Assembly: GCF_018350175.1 (NCBI RefSeq)
Contig: NC_058368.1
Coordinates: 80,230,001 to 80,294,000, forward strand
Source of the DNA: Felis catus
Lineage: Eukaryota
Reading direction: 5' to 3'
DNA length: 64,000 bases
The notes beneath the pieces were generated by a model. That model ran no database searches. It worked only from the letters and a program-made list of their open reading frames with translations, and was not told where the DNA came from. The translations under genes were made by a program, and so were the position numbers. Below are positions 37,834-51,344 of the stretch, in pieces (the stretch's first letter is position 1; each line of letters starts with the position of its first letter).

Positions 37834-38989
37834 TACGCACCATACAGTCGATAAGTGTCCCGTAAGTCTTTATCTGTGCACTGAAACTCCGTTACGTACA
37901 ATATTCTCTACCTTTCCTTGGAATGGAACATTGGCCCCTCTGGAATCAAACCTAAATCCTGCCAAGAGTAGACTTGTAAAAACAGACCTTCTTAAAGACT
38001 AGAATTTCTGAAAATCTGAAAAAAACTAAATAAACAATGAGCATAATGCCTGCTGAAAAAGAAGGTGACCCTCATCTCAGGACGTTAAGCCAGGGCTGCG
38101 ACTGGTGCCCATAAGCCACCACTTGGTCTAATCGCAGGGTTTCATGGTTCTGGTAAATTTCTCGAATTGCATCCCTGTGAGGTTTGGACCTTCCGGGGAA
38201 GAGACCATCACGACCCACACGTGGGCAGACATGGGGCAGCAGACAGCTGTCTTCAGGGGGCAGCACGGAGGGGGTGTTGCCAACCCCAGGATTGCCCTTC
38301 TTGATTCGTATCATTGGGGGAAACGCTTTCCCTCTCCTGGTGCAGGCCCAGTGGCGGGGGCCCGGACACTTAACAACAGACAGGAGAAAAGAGGGCAAGT
38401 TTATTCATGCACATGTGAGCTCTCTCACTGCCCCTGAGCAGTGAGAGAGCAGGGTCCGTGTGCCAACCATAGGGTGAGGGGGGCAGACAGGGCTGCTGTG
38501 GGGAGACATTGAATTCTTAGGGGGAGATGGGAGGTGTGGCCACTGTGGACATGTCTGCCAAGGCAACTTCCCATCCTGGGGCCAGCCAGTCTCCTTCCCT
38601 GTGGGGGTGAAGCTGCTTTCTCAGAAGAAGCTTCTTTCTGAATCCGCTGTATGTTACCTATCTCCAGGCTCAAATAATCTTCAGACCAGCTCTGTAGGCC
38701 AAGTGGGCCCCTATGGGACCCAGAGAGTTCTTGCCCGCAATGTGACCAGAAGGATCCTTCTTCAGGGCCTCAGTGGAGCCCAGAGCTGAGCTCCCACTCC
38801 CGTGGGCATTGCCCAAGGCACCCTGGGTTGTGCTCAACAAGACCCCCAGGCCCTCCAGGGGGCCCACAGTCCAGCATTCCTGGCAGGACACGGGTAAGAT
38901 TCCCACGCTTCGTTGTGCAATGCAGGCGTCATCTTTAAGAGGAAAGATGCGTACTTGCTGGGTCTGTCTGTGTCCCTCCAATGCATGCG

Positions 38990-39265
38990 GTGAAACCCTA
39001 GCACCCAAGGGGATGATGGATTAGGAGGGGGGCATCTGGGAGGAGATTGGGTCATGAGGTAGAGCCCTCCTGAAGGGGGTTAGTACCCCTGGGAGGAGAC
39101 CCCAAGAGATTCCCTGCCGCTCCCAACCCAAGAGGGTGCAGTGAGGACACCTCAGCAGACACTAGACCAGCCCGCATCCTGATCTGCCTCCGGCCTGCAG
39201 AGCTGCCTAATTTGTAAGCCACCCCGTGTGTGGGATTCTGAGCGGCCTCAACGGACTGAGATAAG
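38990..39265 (+). mobile_element. MaLR LTR (MLT1A-like) fragment
   Basis: gggtcatgaggtagagccctcctgaagggggttagtaccc..gcagtgaggacac..ggactgagata. Confidence 0.55.
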
Positions 39266-40369
39266 ACATTTTTTCTAAGACTACCCAAGGGGAATAAATG
39301 TATTTTCATTTCCCAGATGCTTCCTGTAGCTTTCGTCTGTAACCAGAGCAGACGCGAATCTGAAGACAGCACTGTCCCCACTGCAATAACCCACCAGAGC
39401 CAGGGGGAGCCCCCACGGCACCCAGGATCGGCCAGCTTTGAAGAAAGGCGCCTCACCGCTCAAGCTCAGGCGTGAGCATTTCATCATTTACGGGCACTAA
39501 CTTGTCCACAGTGTGGCTCTGAAATACATTCAGAAATTAGCTCAGCAGATTTCCTGTGCATCCGCAGGCGGCCCTGTGGTCTTTCTCTCCCCCCACCCCC
39601 CCACCTGATTCCATTCTCAGTTTCCCTGGATGCCACGGGGCCCTGGTGACTGTTCTGTGGCTGGAGAGCAGAGCCAGGCCACCTCGTCCCAGGCGTTAAT
39701 CATCCAGAACGGTATCTGAGAGCCAGCCAAGGTGCTCGGGTCTGCGTTTCCAGTCACTTTTTATTCCTTAGAGGAGCCGGTTATTTTTACTGTACCACCG
39801 GACACACGCTTCTACAGCAGACCCGGGCTTGACGATTAAGGAACTAATTCATACTTCCAGCCACCTGAGTAAGTATTAGCCCGGGTCTTGATAATCTAGC
39901 AAAGCCATGAGGGACTCTTTACAAGGCCAAGGTAGTTTTCAGGAAGTACGAACGGGGCTGATCCGAGGTTTTCAGACGAGGGCAATGAACACGGTGCGGG
40001 GGGTGCTGACCCTTCTGGACCCCCGTGCTTTTGTCCACTTGGCACATCTACAATGAATGCACATTACTTCTGAAAAGAGAAAAAGCAAATCTAAAGTTAA
40101 ACCTAATTTGAACCGGGAAAAGCGGGGTGGAAGTTTATGGAAAGGACCAAAGGGAAAGCTGAAAATTCATCGTATGTACTTTTAATTGAAATCGAATTTT
40201 CTGGCATCATTCAAGTATTTACTGGCTTTGGGGGGCGGGGAGAAGGGGAGGGTGTGTGGCTCATGAAGTGTGTTCAAATGGTGGGATTCGGTCCCGCTCT
40301 TACATGACAGGTCTTAACAACTACTCTTTGATGAAGGTGGAACCATTAAAAATAATGGTTGAGGAGACG

Positions 40370-42117
40370 CGGGGGGAGCGGGGCTCAGTCAGTTAAGGGT
40401 CCAACTTTAGCTCAGGTCATGATCTCACGGTTCAAGGGTTTGAGCCCCGTGACCGGCTCTGCTCTGTGTGTGGAGCCAACTTGGGATTCTCTCTTCCACT
40501 TTCTCTCTGCCCCTCCCCCACTCACAAGGGCACATTCTTTCTCTCTAAAACAATTTTTTTTTTTTGAAGAAAATAGATGTTGAACCATATGAAACCAGCA
40601 CATGAGCTTTGATGACCTAAAAATGGAGATTTCAGGGGCGCCTGGGTGGCTCAGTCAGTTAAGTGTCTGACTTCAGCTCAGGTCATGATCTCACGGTCTG
40701 TGGGTTCCAGCCCCACATCGGACTTTGTGCTGACAGCTCAGAGCCTGGAGCCTGCTTCGGATTCTGTGTCTCCCTCTCTCTCTGCCCCTCCCCCACTCAC
40801 ACTTTGTCTCTGTCTTTAATAATAAATAAACATTAAAAAAATTTTTTTTAAATGTAGATTTCATGTGGTTTAACCAACAACTTGATCAGTTTAACTATGT
40901 TTCTAGACGATGTCTACTGGGTTGGTTTAAACATGTTTCCTTTCAGGGCGCTTGAGTGGCTCGGTTGGTTAAGTGTCCGACTTCAGCTTAGGTCGTGATC
41001 TCATGGTCCGTGGGTTCGAGCCCCGCATCGGGCTCTGTGCTGACAGCTCAGAGCCTGGAGCCTGCTTTGGATTCTGTGTCTCCCTCTCTCTCTGACCCTC
41101 CCCTGTTCATGTTCTGTCTCTATCTCAAAAATAAATAAACATTAAAAAAATTTAAAAAATAATGATAATAAACATGTTTCCTTTCAGCTGCATAAATTAA
41201 AAATGCTCAGCCTTAGCCTATGCCAACACCCCACCGGAGAAGACAAGGGCCAGCTGCATTTCAGGTTCAGGGGCACTTTCTTTCTTTTTTTTTTTTTAAT
41301 GTTTATTTATTCTGAGAGAGAGAGCAGGGGAGGGGCAGAGAGAGAGAGGGTGGGAACATTCCAAACAGGCTCCTCACAGTCAGTTCAGAGCCGGACACGG
41401 GGCTCGAACTAATGACCCTGGGATCATGACCTCGGCCGAAGTCAAGAGTGAAATGCCCAACCGACTGAGCCCCCCAGGGGCCCCTCAAACACGACAAAGC
41501 AAAAATAAACAATACATGAGATTGCATTATCCAGAAATAAACCAGTGTTACTTAGTGTAGTGGAAAGATCTTTCCAGATATTTCCCGACTCTGCCCTCAA
41601 ATACGTCCGTTCCCAGGAAGCCTTACAGGTGGCAGCACGGGAAGGGGTGCTGGGGTCTGAGTGTGGTGTACCAGGCCCTTCACACGTCTGTCACTTTGCT
41701 TCTGGATCCCCACCCTTGACAAATATCCCCTTGCGAGTTTCTTTCTGAGTCTGTGGGACTAAGTCCTTGAGGTAAATTCCCAGAAGTGCGATTGCCTAAC
41801 CCCTGCCCCAATTTCATTGTTCTCTACAAAATTGCAAAACCCATACATACTTGGTTTTTTTTTTTCTTTCAATCAAATAGTGCATAAGAATGCAAAGTAA
41901 AGGGGCCCCTGGGGGCTCAGTCAGTTAAGTGTCTGAGTCTTGGTTTCAGTTCAGGTCATGATCTCACGGTTGTGTGAGTTCCAACCTGGCAGCGGGCTCT
42001 GTGCTGACAGTGCAGAGCCTGCTTGGGATTCTCTCTCTCCTTCTCTCTCTGCCCCTCCCTCGTTCGCGCTGTCTCTGTCTCTCTAGGAATAAATATTTAA
42101 ACTTAAAAAAAAAAAAG
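40370..42117. mobile_element. Cluster of five CAN-SINEs (+40370, +40634, +40945, -41278..41484, +41902)
   Basis: Separate heads and tails; TSDs aaatg.agatttca, taaacatgtttcctttcag and aagaatgcaaagtaaa. Confidence 0.9.
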
Positions 42118-42779
42118 AATGCAAAGTAAAAATGAAATGGCCCCTGATTCTCAGCCACCCTATACGACTCCCGGGGGTGATTGCTGTAAATAGTTAAGAC
42201 GGACTTTTAATGAAGCAAGTTAGGGTTTAAATCTCTGTCCTCTCTCTTAATAAATATTCAACCAGGGAAAGGCTCTTAGTCTGTTTAATGCTTAATTTCC
42301 TCATCTGACAATGAAGTTAGTATCTGCTCACCTCTTCTCAGGGAGTTTTAGGACACTTAAATAAAATATATGTGAAATGGAACATTCACCAGAATGTATC
42401 TGTACACAGATCACGATGGAAATATCCATAATTGTCAAAGATCTGAAATCATTCATGCCAGACCTTCCAGGTAGAAGACAATTAAGTAGAAAACAAACAG
42501 CAAAAGGAGAGGTAGAAAACACAACAAAAAGCAAAAAAAAAAAACCGACCTGTGGTACTGATCCATTGGTACAGCTGCTACGACCTCCTTTTTCTTAAGG
42601 ACTAACATACTTTTTACTAGCTGGCTGAGCTGGGTGAGCCCGGGCAGTTATGGGGATATAGTAACCAGAGTGCCCCAATCATACTCAGACCCCAGCTCTG
42701 CCACTGGCTGGCGCTTGGGTGTCGTTTTCTTCCGCGGGAACGTGGCATTTCCCCTGCAAAAAAAAAAAAAAAGATCCAT

Positions 42780-43195
42780 TAGAGTTCTAGTGGCTCAGAT
42801 GTGACCTTATGTGGAATGGGGTCATTGTGATGCAGTTTGTGAGTCTGAACGAGGTCACAATGGGGTGGCGTGGGCTCCTAACCCGATGTGACTGGTGTCC
42901 TTAGAAGAACAGGGCCATGTGATGACTCAGACACGCAAGGAGGATGATGTGACAACGGAGGTGATGGAGGTGAGGCAGCTGTCAGCTGAGGGTCGCCAAA
43001 GGACACCAAGGGTCACCTTTAACCACCTGAAGCTGGGAAGAGGCGAAGAAGGATGTCCCCACAGCCTTCAGAGAGAGCACGGGTCTGTGGACACCTTGAT
43101 CTTGGACTCTGAATGAACCATTAGATCCAGATCTCTGTTGTTTGAAGCCGCCACTTTGTGTACATTGTTACGGCAGTCCTGGGGAACTAACGCAC
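42780..43195 (+). mobile_element. MaLR LTR (MLT1C-like)
   Basis: gatgtgaccttatgtggaatgggg..gactggtgtcctta..tttgtgtacattgttacggcagtcctggggaactaa. Confidence 0.7.
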
Positions 43196-43364
43196 ATCTG
43201 CCTAGAAAAATCCGTGGCAGAAGGTGGCGGGCTCCCACTAGTACAGCTGGAACCCTTGTGTTCCACATGAAACATCAGCAGACTCTGAAAGGTTAGGAGG
43301 AGAAGGCATACTGCCAGCATAGCCACTTGGGACACGCACGCACACACACACACGAAAAAGCCAC

Positions 43365-43960
43365 CTAAATATGCAGCCACCGTATGACTTGAATGCACTC
43401 CTGGGCACTTACCCCAGAGAAATGACATCTGCACGTGGATGTTCATATCAGGTCAGTCCCAACAGCCAACAACTAAAAACAATGCAATTGTGCTTGACTG
43501 AGTGAATGAACACACCAGTTCCAATCCATCCACACCACGGAAAACCACTCAGAAATATAAAGAACCAATGGGCAACAACCTGGATGAATCTCCAGGGAAT
43601 TAACCCGGGTGAAAAAAGCCAATCCCAAAAGGTTACGTACTGTAGACTTCACTGATACCATGTTCTTGACGTGACACAATCATAGGGACGGGGAACAGAT
43701 CCGTGGCCACCAGGGGTCCAAGAGGGCTGGGTGGGAAGCAGGTGGTGTATCTGCACAAGGGCGATGATGTCATCCTTGTGGTGATGGAACTGTCCTATAT
43801 TTGACCGGATCCGTGGTGGGATCCTGGTTGTGATGTACCGTAGTCTCATAAGATGTCCTCACTGGGGGAAAACTGGGTAGAGTATATGGGATTTCTCTGT
43901 GTTAGTTCTTTCAACTACGTGTGAATCTACAAACATCTCAAAGTAAAAAGCTTAAAAAAA
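43365..43960 (+). mobile_element. Old L1 (L1MC-like) 3' end
   Basis: gaatctccagggaatta..aaaagccaatcccaaaaggttac..ggtgatggaactgtcctatatttgac. Confidence 0.75.
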
Positions 43961-45869
43961 ATCGCCGTGAGGAGGAAAGAAAACAGTAGATGTAGCGCCC
44001 TCAGTATGATGCGGGGCAGGTAGCAGGGAGCCACAGGGCTGAGACTGGAGTGGCCCTGGGCACACCGGACCGCTGTTCACCCCGCAGGGCCATCAGGTGT
44101 CGGCTCCCGCAAAATCCGGGGGACTCGCGTTCTCCCCATCTCTCTGCCCTGCCATTCGCAACTCATTGGTTCACGTTCAGGCCACATGTGCACAGGCTCC
44201 CAAGGCTTCTCCAGCTGTAGGTGTCCTGTACGGGCTGGCCTACGCTCACCCGCGTTCCTCTGAGAACAGAGAACCTATTCCCGGAAGCCTCGCTCACAGC
44301 TTCGTGGCCAGGATTGCTTCACTTACAAAATCAGCTAGCGGGATGGAACCACTGTGCTTAGGTCAGATCAGCCTGGATTAACCTCTGGACCGGGGACGGA
44401 GCCAAGCTTCCTGATTCAAGTGCAGAATCACGTCTATGCCGGCCAGAGAGGAGGAGGTGGGAGGCTTGGCAACAGTGCCCCTCTCCTGCCTTGCCTTGCC
44501 CTCCCACGGCCGGCCACCAGGCACCCTGCCTGGGTTTGCACACTGGTCCGGGCAGGAGCTGGGTTCTGCCCAGGTTCCCACCCCCTGCACACCACAAGTG
44601 CCCCGTGCTTATAAACAATACATATTCGCGGAGATGACACATTCATTCTGCCTCCTGAGCGTCTAATTAAACGTACACCCATTAGCTGTATCACGATGGC
44701 TCAGGTTAGAAACTTAACCAGTCCCCAAGCCTGCAACCCACTTAGTTTCTGCAGAAGCTGTAAATCCTTCCTGCTCTGTGAGCTTCTAAATTGGATTTGT
44801 GCCTTCCGCTTTTTGAGTCCAACGCAACCTGTGTTGTTATACTCTGTGCTTTCTCTGTTTCCCTGTGATATAAGCCCACGTGGATTGCTGTATCCTCATG
44901 ATCCACGTTCTCTAACTGTTCTCCACATCTCCTACGGGAGGGCAAGAAAACGCAGGTGTCCCAACTTCTGCCTAGTGACTCACGTGGCCCACCAAGTAAG
45001 CCAGCGATTTTCCACCACAAACTTTGGGTCACTTTTTTTTTCTCCCCAAGTAAAGCTGTTGACTAAGTCGACTATTAGTTTGAATTTGAAAGTACCATAT
45101 CCCCTAAGCAGAAGCTAGCCTGGCTTCTCTGTCTCTGTCTCTCTTTTTGTTTTTACTTGTCCCTGAACCACCGGGGAGAAATGATTCTGACCCATAAAAT
45201 GGTTATGTTGCAAACCAAACAGAGGTTCCCATATTCTCCTTAAGATTCTTCACTGGATTTCCATGCTTCCTGGATTGGACTTGAATTTCTGGATCTCATT
45301 CTCAAAGCCACCCGCCGTTTTGCCCATATCTGCCTCAGACTCTTGCAGATCTATCGAGTTCTGGCTTCCCTGCCTATCTTCCCTGTAACACAGAATATAA
45401 ATGTGAGATGTTAGACATCAGCTCCTAGCAAGGCCTAAAGACATTATCCTGGCCAAGAAGAAAAGATTTAGCAGAAATAATGGTGCATCAAGAATCCAGA
45501 GTGGTTTATGTCTCCTGAGTTCATTGCCAATTTATCTTCAGGAGAGGTTCTGCTTGCGTCGAGTTTGAAGCATCAGGACTTAAGGACAAGACGTGCTGGT
45601 AACAGCAGTTAGTTCTGGGCTGATTTGCAGGGTTTACAGAACCGATTGTCATCCTCAGGCACTCACACTGAGGACATTTCAAAACTGTCATCCCGGAGAC
45701 AGTAGAGAGCACTCTGGGTAAATACTAAAGTAAAGAAAAAGCAAACATCCCAGAATGGAATGTGACCCGGAGTGCTGGGTGCAGTGCGCGATAAGGCTCG
45801 CGGTCAAACTCCTCTTGCTAAAAGCTAACCCGGTCTTTTCCGATGGTTTATGTTCTCAGTATCCCGGAG

Positions 45870-46275
45870 CTCTGCTGTCCCCGGAAGCTGCTAGCCACAT
45901 GCACATATTTGAGTGGGTTCACATTTAAAATTCATCCCCTCTGCTCGGGTGGCTCCGTCGGAAAAGGGCCCCACTTCAGCTCAGGTCACGATGTCACGGT
46001 TCAAGAGTTCGAGCCCCATGTCGGGCTCTGTGCTGACAGCTTGGAGCCTGGAGCCTGCTTCGGATTCTGTGTCTCCCTCTCTCTCTGTACCTCTCTGCTT
46101 TCTCTCTCTCTCAAAAATAAATAAACATTAAAACAAATTATAAAAAAATTCAGCCCTTCACTTGCACTGGTCACATTTCTTATCCTCAATAGTCACGTGT
46201 GGCTAGTGGCTACCATGTTGGACAGCACAGACATGGAATATTTCTATCGTCGTAAGAAAGTTCTAGACAGCGCTG
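45870..46275. mobile_element. MER3/MER33-like DNA transposon relic split by a plus-strand SINE (~45940-46146)
   Basis: ctagccacatg .. gtggctagtggctaccatgttggacagcacag; aaaattca.ccct duplicated around the SINE. Confidence 0.7.
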
Positions 46276-46312
46276 TTGAAATCTCAGTTCTCATATTTGT
46301 TACAATTGAATA

Positions 46313-47102
46313 TGTAATCAGAGTATGCCACCCCCAAATATGCCACTTTGCCATAAAGGTTATATTGAGCCGAAGGAACTGAGAACCAGCAGACACGGGG
46401 CGCCTGGGGGGGCTCAGTCAGTTAAGCGTTCGACTCTTCATCTTGGCTCGAGTCATGATCTTGAAGTTTGTGGGTTTGAGCCCTGCATCGGGCTCTGTGC
46501 TGACAGCACGGAACCCGCTTGGGCTTCTCTGTCTCCCTCTCTCTGCCCTCCCCCTGCTCGTTTTCTCTCTGTCTCTCAAAATAAGTAAACTTGAGAAGAA
46601 AAAAAAAAAAAAAAAAAGAAACAGTAGACACGGGAAGCCCTGCCATCTCCTTCCACATAAGAACAGGGAGTGAACCTGCCTTGGGAAGGGGTGCCCCTGT
46701 CTCAAACCAGGAAGGGAGGACCGCCTTTATCACCAGAGATGGCGGTGGTCCCAGGATGCCTCTGCATAAACCGTCTCACTGAATAACCCTCAGCTTCCAT
46801 TAGTATCCCCGTATAGTTCCTTTCCCACAGCATCTGCTCCTGGATGCCCAAACCCCATTTCCTTGGTCTGGTCACTTCTCCATGACCTAACTGTCTTTGT
46901 TACAGTAGTATATATGCCCCCACTCCCTAATTGGACCCCTTCTCTGGGTCTCCATCTCTGTGCAGGCCTCCACTCATGGGGAAAAATTAAATTATCAACA
47001 AGTGAAATGTGTCTGTCTTTTCTCCTGTTAATCTGTCTTTTGTCAGTCTGATTATAGACCCCCTACCTAAGGGGGCAGAGGAAGATTGTTTCCTCCCTTA
47101 CA
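46313..47102 (+). mobile_element. ERV1 LTR (MER34-like) split by a plus-strand SINE (~46396-46617)
   Basis: TGTAA..TTACA termini; aaatatgccactttgccataa..ttgagc; ttttctcctgttaatctgtcttttgtcag. Confidence 0.7.
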
Positions 47103-47494
47103 TAAGCCACCAAGAATAACGGAAATTGGGACCAGTCTAGCAGAGAGGCTGAACTCCCGAGGTCTGATGAGCCTGAATGTCCTAGGGACAGAGGGTATCC
47201 ATGGCATGAAGTCACCTGGCTTCCAATCAGGTGACATCACCTGGCCACCCTTCCAGTGGCTTTCTCTTATTTTGGAGAAAAATTTCAGTTAGAGAAAGAA
47301 GAAGGTATTTTTCAGTTAAAAAGTAAGAGATATTGGTCTGAATATCCTTTGGGATTCTGTTCTATATAAATTCTTCATTAATTTCTTTTTTAAAAATGTT
47401 AATGTTTATTTATTTTTGAGAGACAGAGAGTGTGAGCAGGGGAGGGGAGGAGAATATCATTTGGGATTCTGTTCTATATATACTCTTGATTAAT

Positions 47495-47710
47495 TTCTTT
47501 TTAAAAAATTTTTAATGTTTATTTTTGAAAGAGAGAGATAGAACAGGGGAGGGGCAGAGAGAGAGAGGGAGACACAGAATCCAAAGCAGGCTCCAGGCTC
47601 TGAGCTGACAGCACAGAGCTTGACATGGGGCTCGAACCCACAGACCGTGAGATCATGACCTGAGTCAAAGTCGGGCGGGGGCTGAACTGACTGAGTCACT
47701 CAGGCGCCCG
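47495..47710 (-). mobile_element. CAN-SINE
   Basis: Reverse-complement body. Confidence 0.88.
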
Positions 47711-49613
47711 ACTTGTTTAATTTCAACTTCCAAGCACATTACTCTTCCTCTTAGAGGACTTCAAAACCGTATTTTAAAAGTAACATGAAATTGAAGATAA
47801 AATGTAAGCAAGTGTATTACTAGATCAAATATGTTTCTAGAGTTGACAGAAACACTCAAGGTTATCTCATCTAATTTCATCTTTTGGTGATAAAAACTCT
47901 GTGACCTGAGAAGTTGAGGCAGCTCTCCTAAATGCTCAAGGTTACCGCTGAGGATTAGAACTCACATCCAGACTCAACCTCGTATTTTTTCCCTTATGTT
48001 ATGATTATATAAGATGTTTTTATTTAAACTGTAGGCCTTCTAAAGTTTCTCACTGGGATTAGCACTAGCTAGATTTTCTCTTTCCTTTTTTATAAAGCCA
48101 GACGTTTTACTTGCTCTCAGCCTCACGCCCCCCCCCCCCCCCCCCCCCCCCGCTCCGGCCGAACAGAGGTCAGTGAGTTTCATGACCTCAGATCCAGTGC
48201 AGTGTGGTTTCCTTCGGTAAATGCAGGGAGAAAGGAAGGAGAAACAGTCTCTTGGAGTTTTATGTAAGACAAAGTGATTAAGAACACCAACGCAGTGCCG
48301 TCTGCAAGGGTGACAGATACGAGAAGTGCTTTAATCATGAGATTTTGGTAATTTTGTTCTCCAGCCCCATCAAACTGACCTATGGGTAGAGACTATGGTG
48401 AAACTGTGTTTAGCATTCACCACTGGCCTCTCCTGGGGTCGCGAGGACAACGTCCCGCTGAGGCCACACCAGGTAAAGAATGTTCCAGGCAAATCAATAA
48501 TAGCATCAACATTTCAATTGGTTATTTTATTTGTGTTTTTAAGAAAGACGCTGAATCACAGCAATTCCTTGAAATGGACGACTTAACTGTTATGGAAAGA
48601 ATAGGTCCCTTTGTGCTTCTGCATTTCAAATAAGCCCCCGGGGAAACCAAATCTACCTAAGCCTGACTGGCTTTTCCTTAAGTCTGAAAATAAAAATTTG
48701 CTGATCCTGGACATAAATTTTATTTTTCCTTCTGGCTATATCCCCTAATTATATGGCTCTTCATTGCAAAGCTAAAAATAATAGGTAAGATGTCACGAGA
48801 GAGAGTTCTCAAAGCAAAGGACAGCCTCCCAATTATCAAAGGGCAGGCCAAGGAGCTGCTCCCACCGCGGTAATTAAATTAATAGGAATATGCTAATTGG
48901 AATGCAAATCCCTTGTCAGTGTTATGCTAATTATGGTCCCCTCAAGCTTACTAAGAAAATTACAGATTATTTCAGCATTAATGAACTTTCAGATTTTGTG
49001 GGTGAATACTGAAAAACGTTCTTACAAGTCTTCTATGATATTATCCAAGGTGATATTTGGATAGTTAAAGATCTGGGTTCCGATTGTTCTCTCTTGGATC
49101 AATTTCTGAGCCTGGCTGATGAGGACAGCAGCCTGGAGGCCAAGAACCTGGGGAGGACTGTTAGAAGGTGAAGGTCACCTCTGGACGTAGCCAGAGGGAT
49201 GGGCCAAAGGTGAAGCTGTTCTAGTTCAGAGGTGATGTTTGGAAACGAAGTGGGTGCCCACATTTCAGATGGGTTACATTCCTCTCCCTGTGGTTTTGGC
49301 TTGGGAAGTCCCATCCTAACACTGCAGTGAAGCAGGTCTGCGTCCAGTGAGCTTAAAGCTCTTGCTTCGGCCATGACACCTCCACTGGCGCTGGGCCAGT
49401 GCCAATGACCTCTTCACGGCTCCACAGCTGAATGAGGAAGAGTCCTTTAGATCGATCTGCACAACTTTTCTAAGGTCGCACAGATCTCCTCCCCCACCCC
49501 CCACAGGAGAAGGAACTCACATGCTGCGTTCTGTGGGAAGGATTTTATCACAAGGATTAGAGTTGGCTCTGAGGCTGGGGTCCCTAGGGGAATGGTGGAA
49601 ATGTAAATATTTA

Positions 49614-50050
49614 GGGCACCTGGGTGACTCCATTAGTTAAGCATCAGACTTCTGCTCAGGTCACGATCTCTCAGTTCGGGCTCTGTACTGACAGCTCAGA
49701 GTCTGGAACCTGATTTGGATTCTGTCTCCCCCTCTCTCTGCCCCTCCCCCATTCATGCTGTCTCTCTCTCAAAAAACAAATTTTTAAAAAACGAAAAAAA
49801 AGAAATGTAAATATTTAAATATGTTTGCATTTAAAATATTAAAAAGAGGGGTGCCTGGGTGGCTCAGTTGGTTGAGCGTCCAACTTCGGCTCAGGTCATG
49901 ATCTCATGGTTCCTGAGTTTGAGCCCTGCGTCGGGCTCTGCGCTGACAGCTCAGAGTCTGGAGCCTGATTCCGATTCTGTGTCTCCCTCTCTCTCTGTCC
50001 CTCTCCCCCTCACGCTCTGTCTCTTTCTCTCAAAAATAAATGTTAAAACT
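49614..50050 (+). mobile_element. Two adjacent CAN-SINEs
   Basis: Heads at ~49614 and ~49848; TSD gaaatgtaaatattta around the first. Confidence 0.88.
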
Positions 50051-50821
50051 TTTCTTTAAATATTAAAAAGAGTAACATAAATAAGATGAAAATAAAATGA
50101 ACTAATGAAATAAAAATTCATGAATTCATACTGGTAATAAATAACTGGGCAGTTAAAAATATATAAAATTAAAAATTCTGAATAAGATAAAATAAAAACT
50201 CATATATTTTACTGAGTAAAATGAAAATTCAGGAGTTCATACTGATAATAAAAATCTGGTGGCTACCTTCCACCTTAACAAGTGATGGAAGTCAATGAAG
50301 TTAACGTCATCAAAAATGGCAAACTGTCATTGCTTATAAGAAGAGCCCAAATAATCTTAAAAGTATCTGCTAGAGCTAATAAGTGAATTTAGCCTGGTCA
50401 AAGGATACAAGGTCAATATATAAAAATCAATTGTATTTCCGTATATAAGCAATGAGCAATTAAAAATTCAAACTAAGAAAATACCATTTATAATAGCATC
50501 AAAAGCCTGATGTGGGAGTGTTGATAGAAGTGTTCTAAATCATGAATGTGGTAGTGACTACATGGTTATATATGTTTGTGCAAACTCATGGAATCATACA
50601 CTTAAAATCAGTGAAGTTTTTGTTATGTAAATTATTCCTCAGGAAAGACAGCACCTAGTTGGATTTTGCTCCAACGCAGGAAACCATTGGAGGGTTCTGT
50701 ACGGAGGAGTGACGTGATCTTTCATTTAAGAAAGGTCATTCTGTCGAGGCGCCTAGGTGGTTCAGTTGGTTAAGCGTCTGACTCTTGATTTTGGCACGGA
50801 TCACGATCTCAGGGTTCATGG

Positions 50822-51176
50822 TGTTACAGGAGGGTGGGAGAGACACTGGTCCCGGTCTCCCGGAGTCAGAAGAATGAATCTCATGGACAACAGAGAGTGA
50901 GCAAAGTGATACAGTTTATTGAGCTGAAGTTACAAAGCTCTCAAGAGTAAGAGGGGTCCCTGACTGGGTTGCCACCAAGGATTTTTGTCCTTGATTTTTT
51001 ATTGGGACCTTATCAGAACGTTTGTGAGACTCCAGTCATGGCACCTAGCCCAGGTGGGTCTGGGATACATTTACCCTTTTGTTTCCAAAACCCTTCAGCC
51101 TCTCACTTGGACGGCAGCCTGCCTCCCTGAGGATCCCTTATCTATCCCTGCCTAATGCTAGACCTTCACCTACTCA
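50822..51176 (-). mobile_element. Solo LTR inserted inside a CAN-SINE (SINE halves ~50746-50821 and 51177-51300)
   Basis: TG..CA termini; 4-bp near-TSD atgg/gtgg; AATAAA on the minus strand (~50915); SINE sequence resumes in register. Confidence 0.75.
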
Positions 51177-51344
51177 GTGGGACCAAGCCCCGCCTAGGGC
51201 TCTGCACTGACACTGACACTGCAAAGCCCACTTAGGATTCTTTCTCTGCTTCTCTCTCTGCCCCTCCTGCCTCTCAAAACAAATTATCTTAAAAAAAAAA
51301 TCATCCTGTTGCTGTAGGGAAATAGGGAGATGGATTTACAAGGT

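Noticed and set aside
48166..48189. AGGTCA-n10-TGACCT inverted repeat
   Set aside because: Spacing does not fit a standard nuclear-receptor element; could be chance
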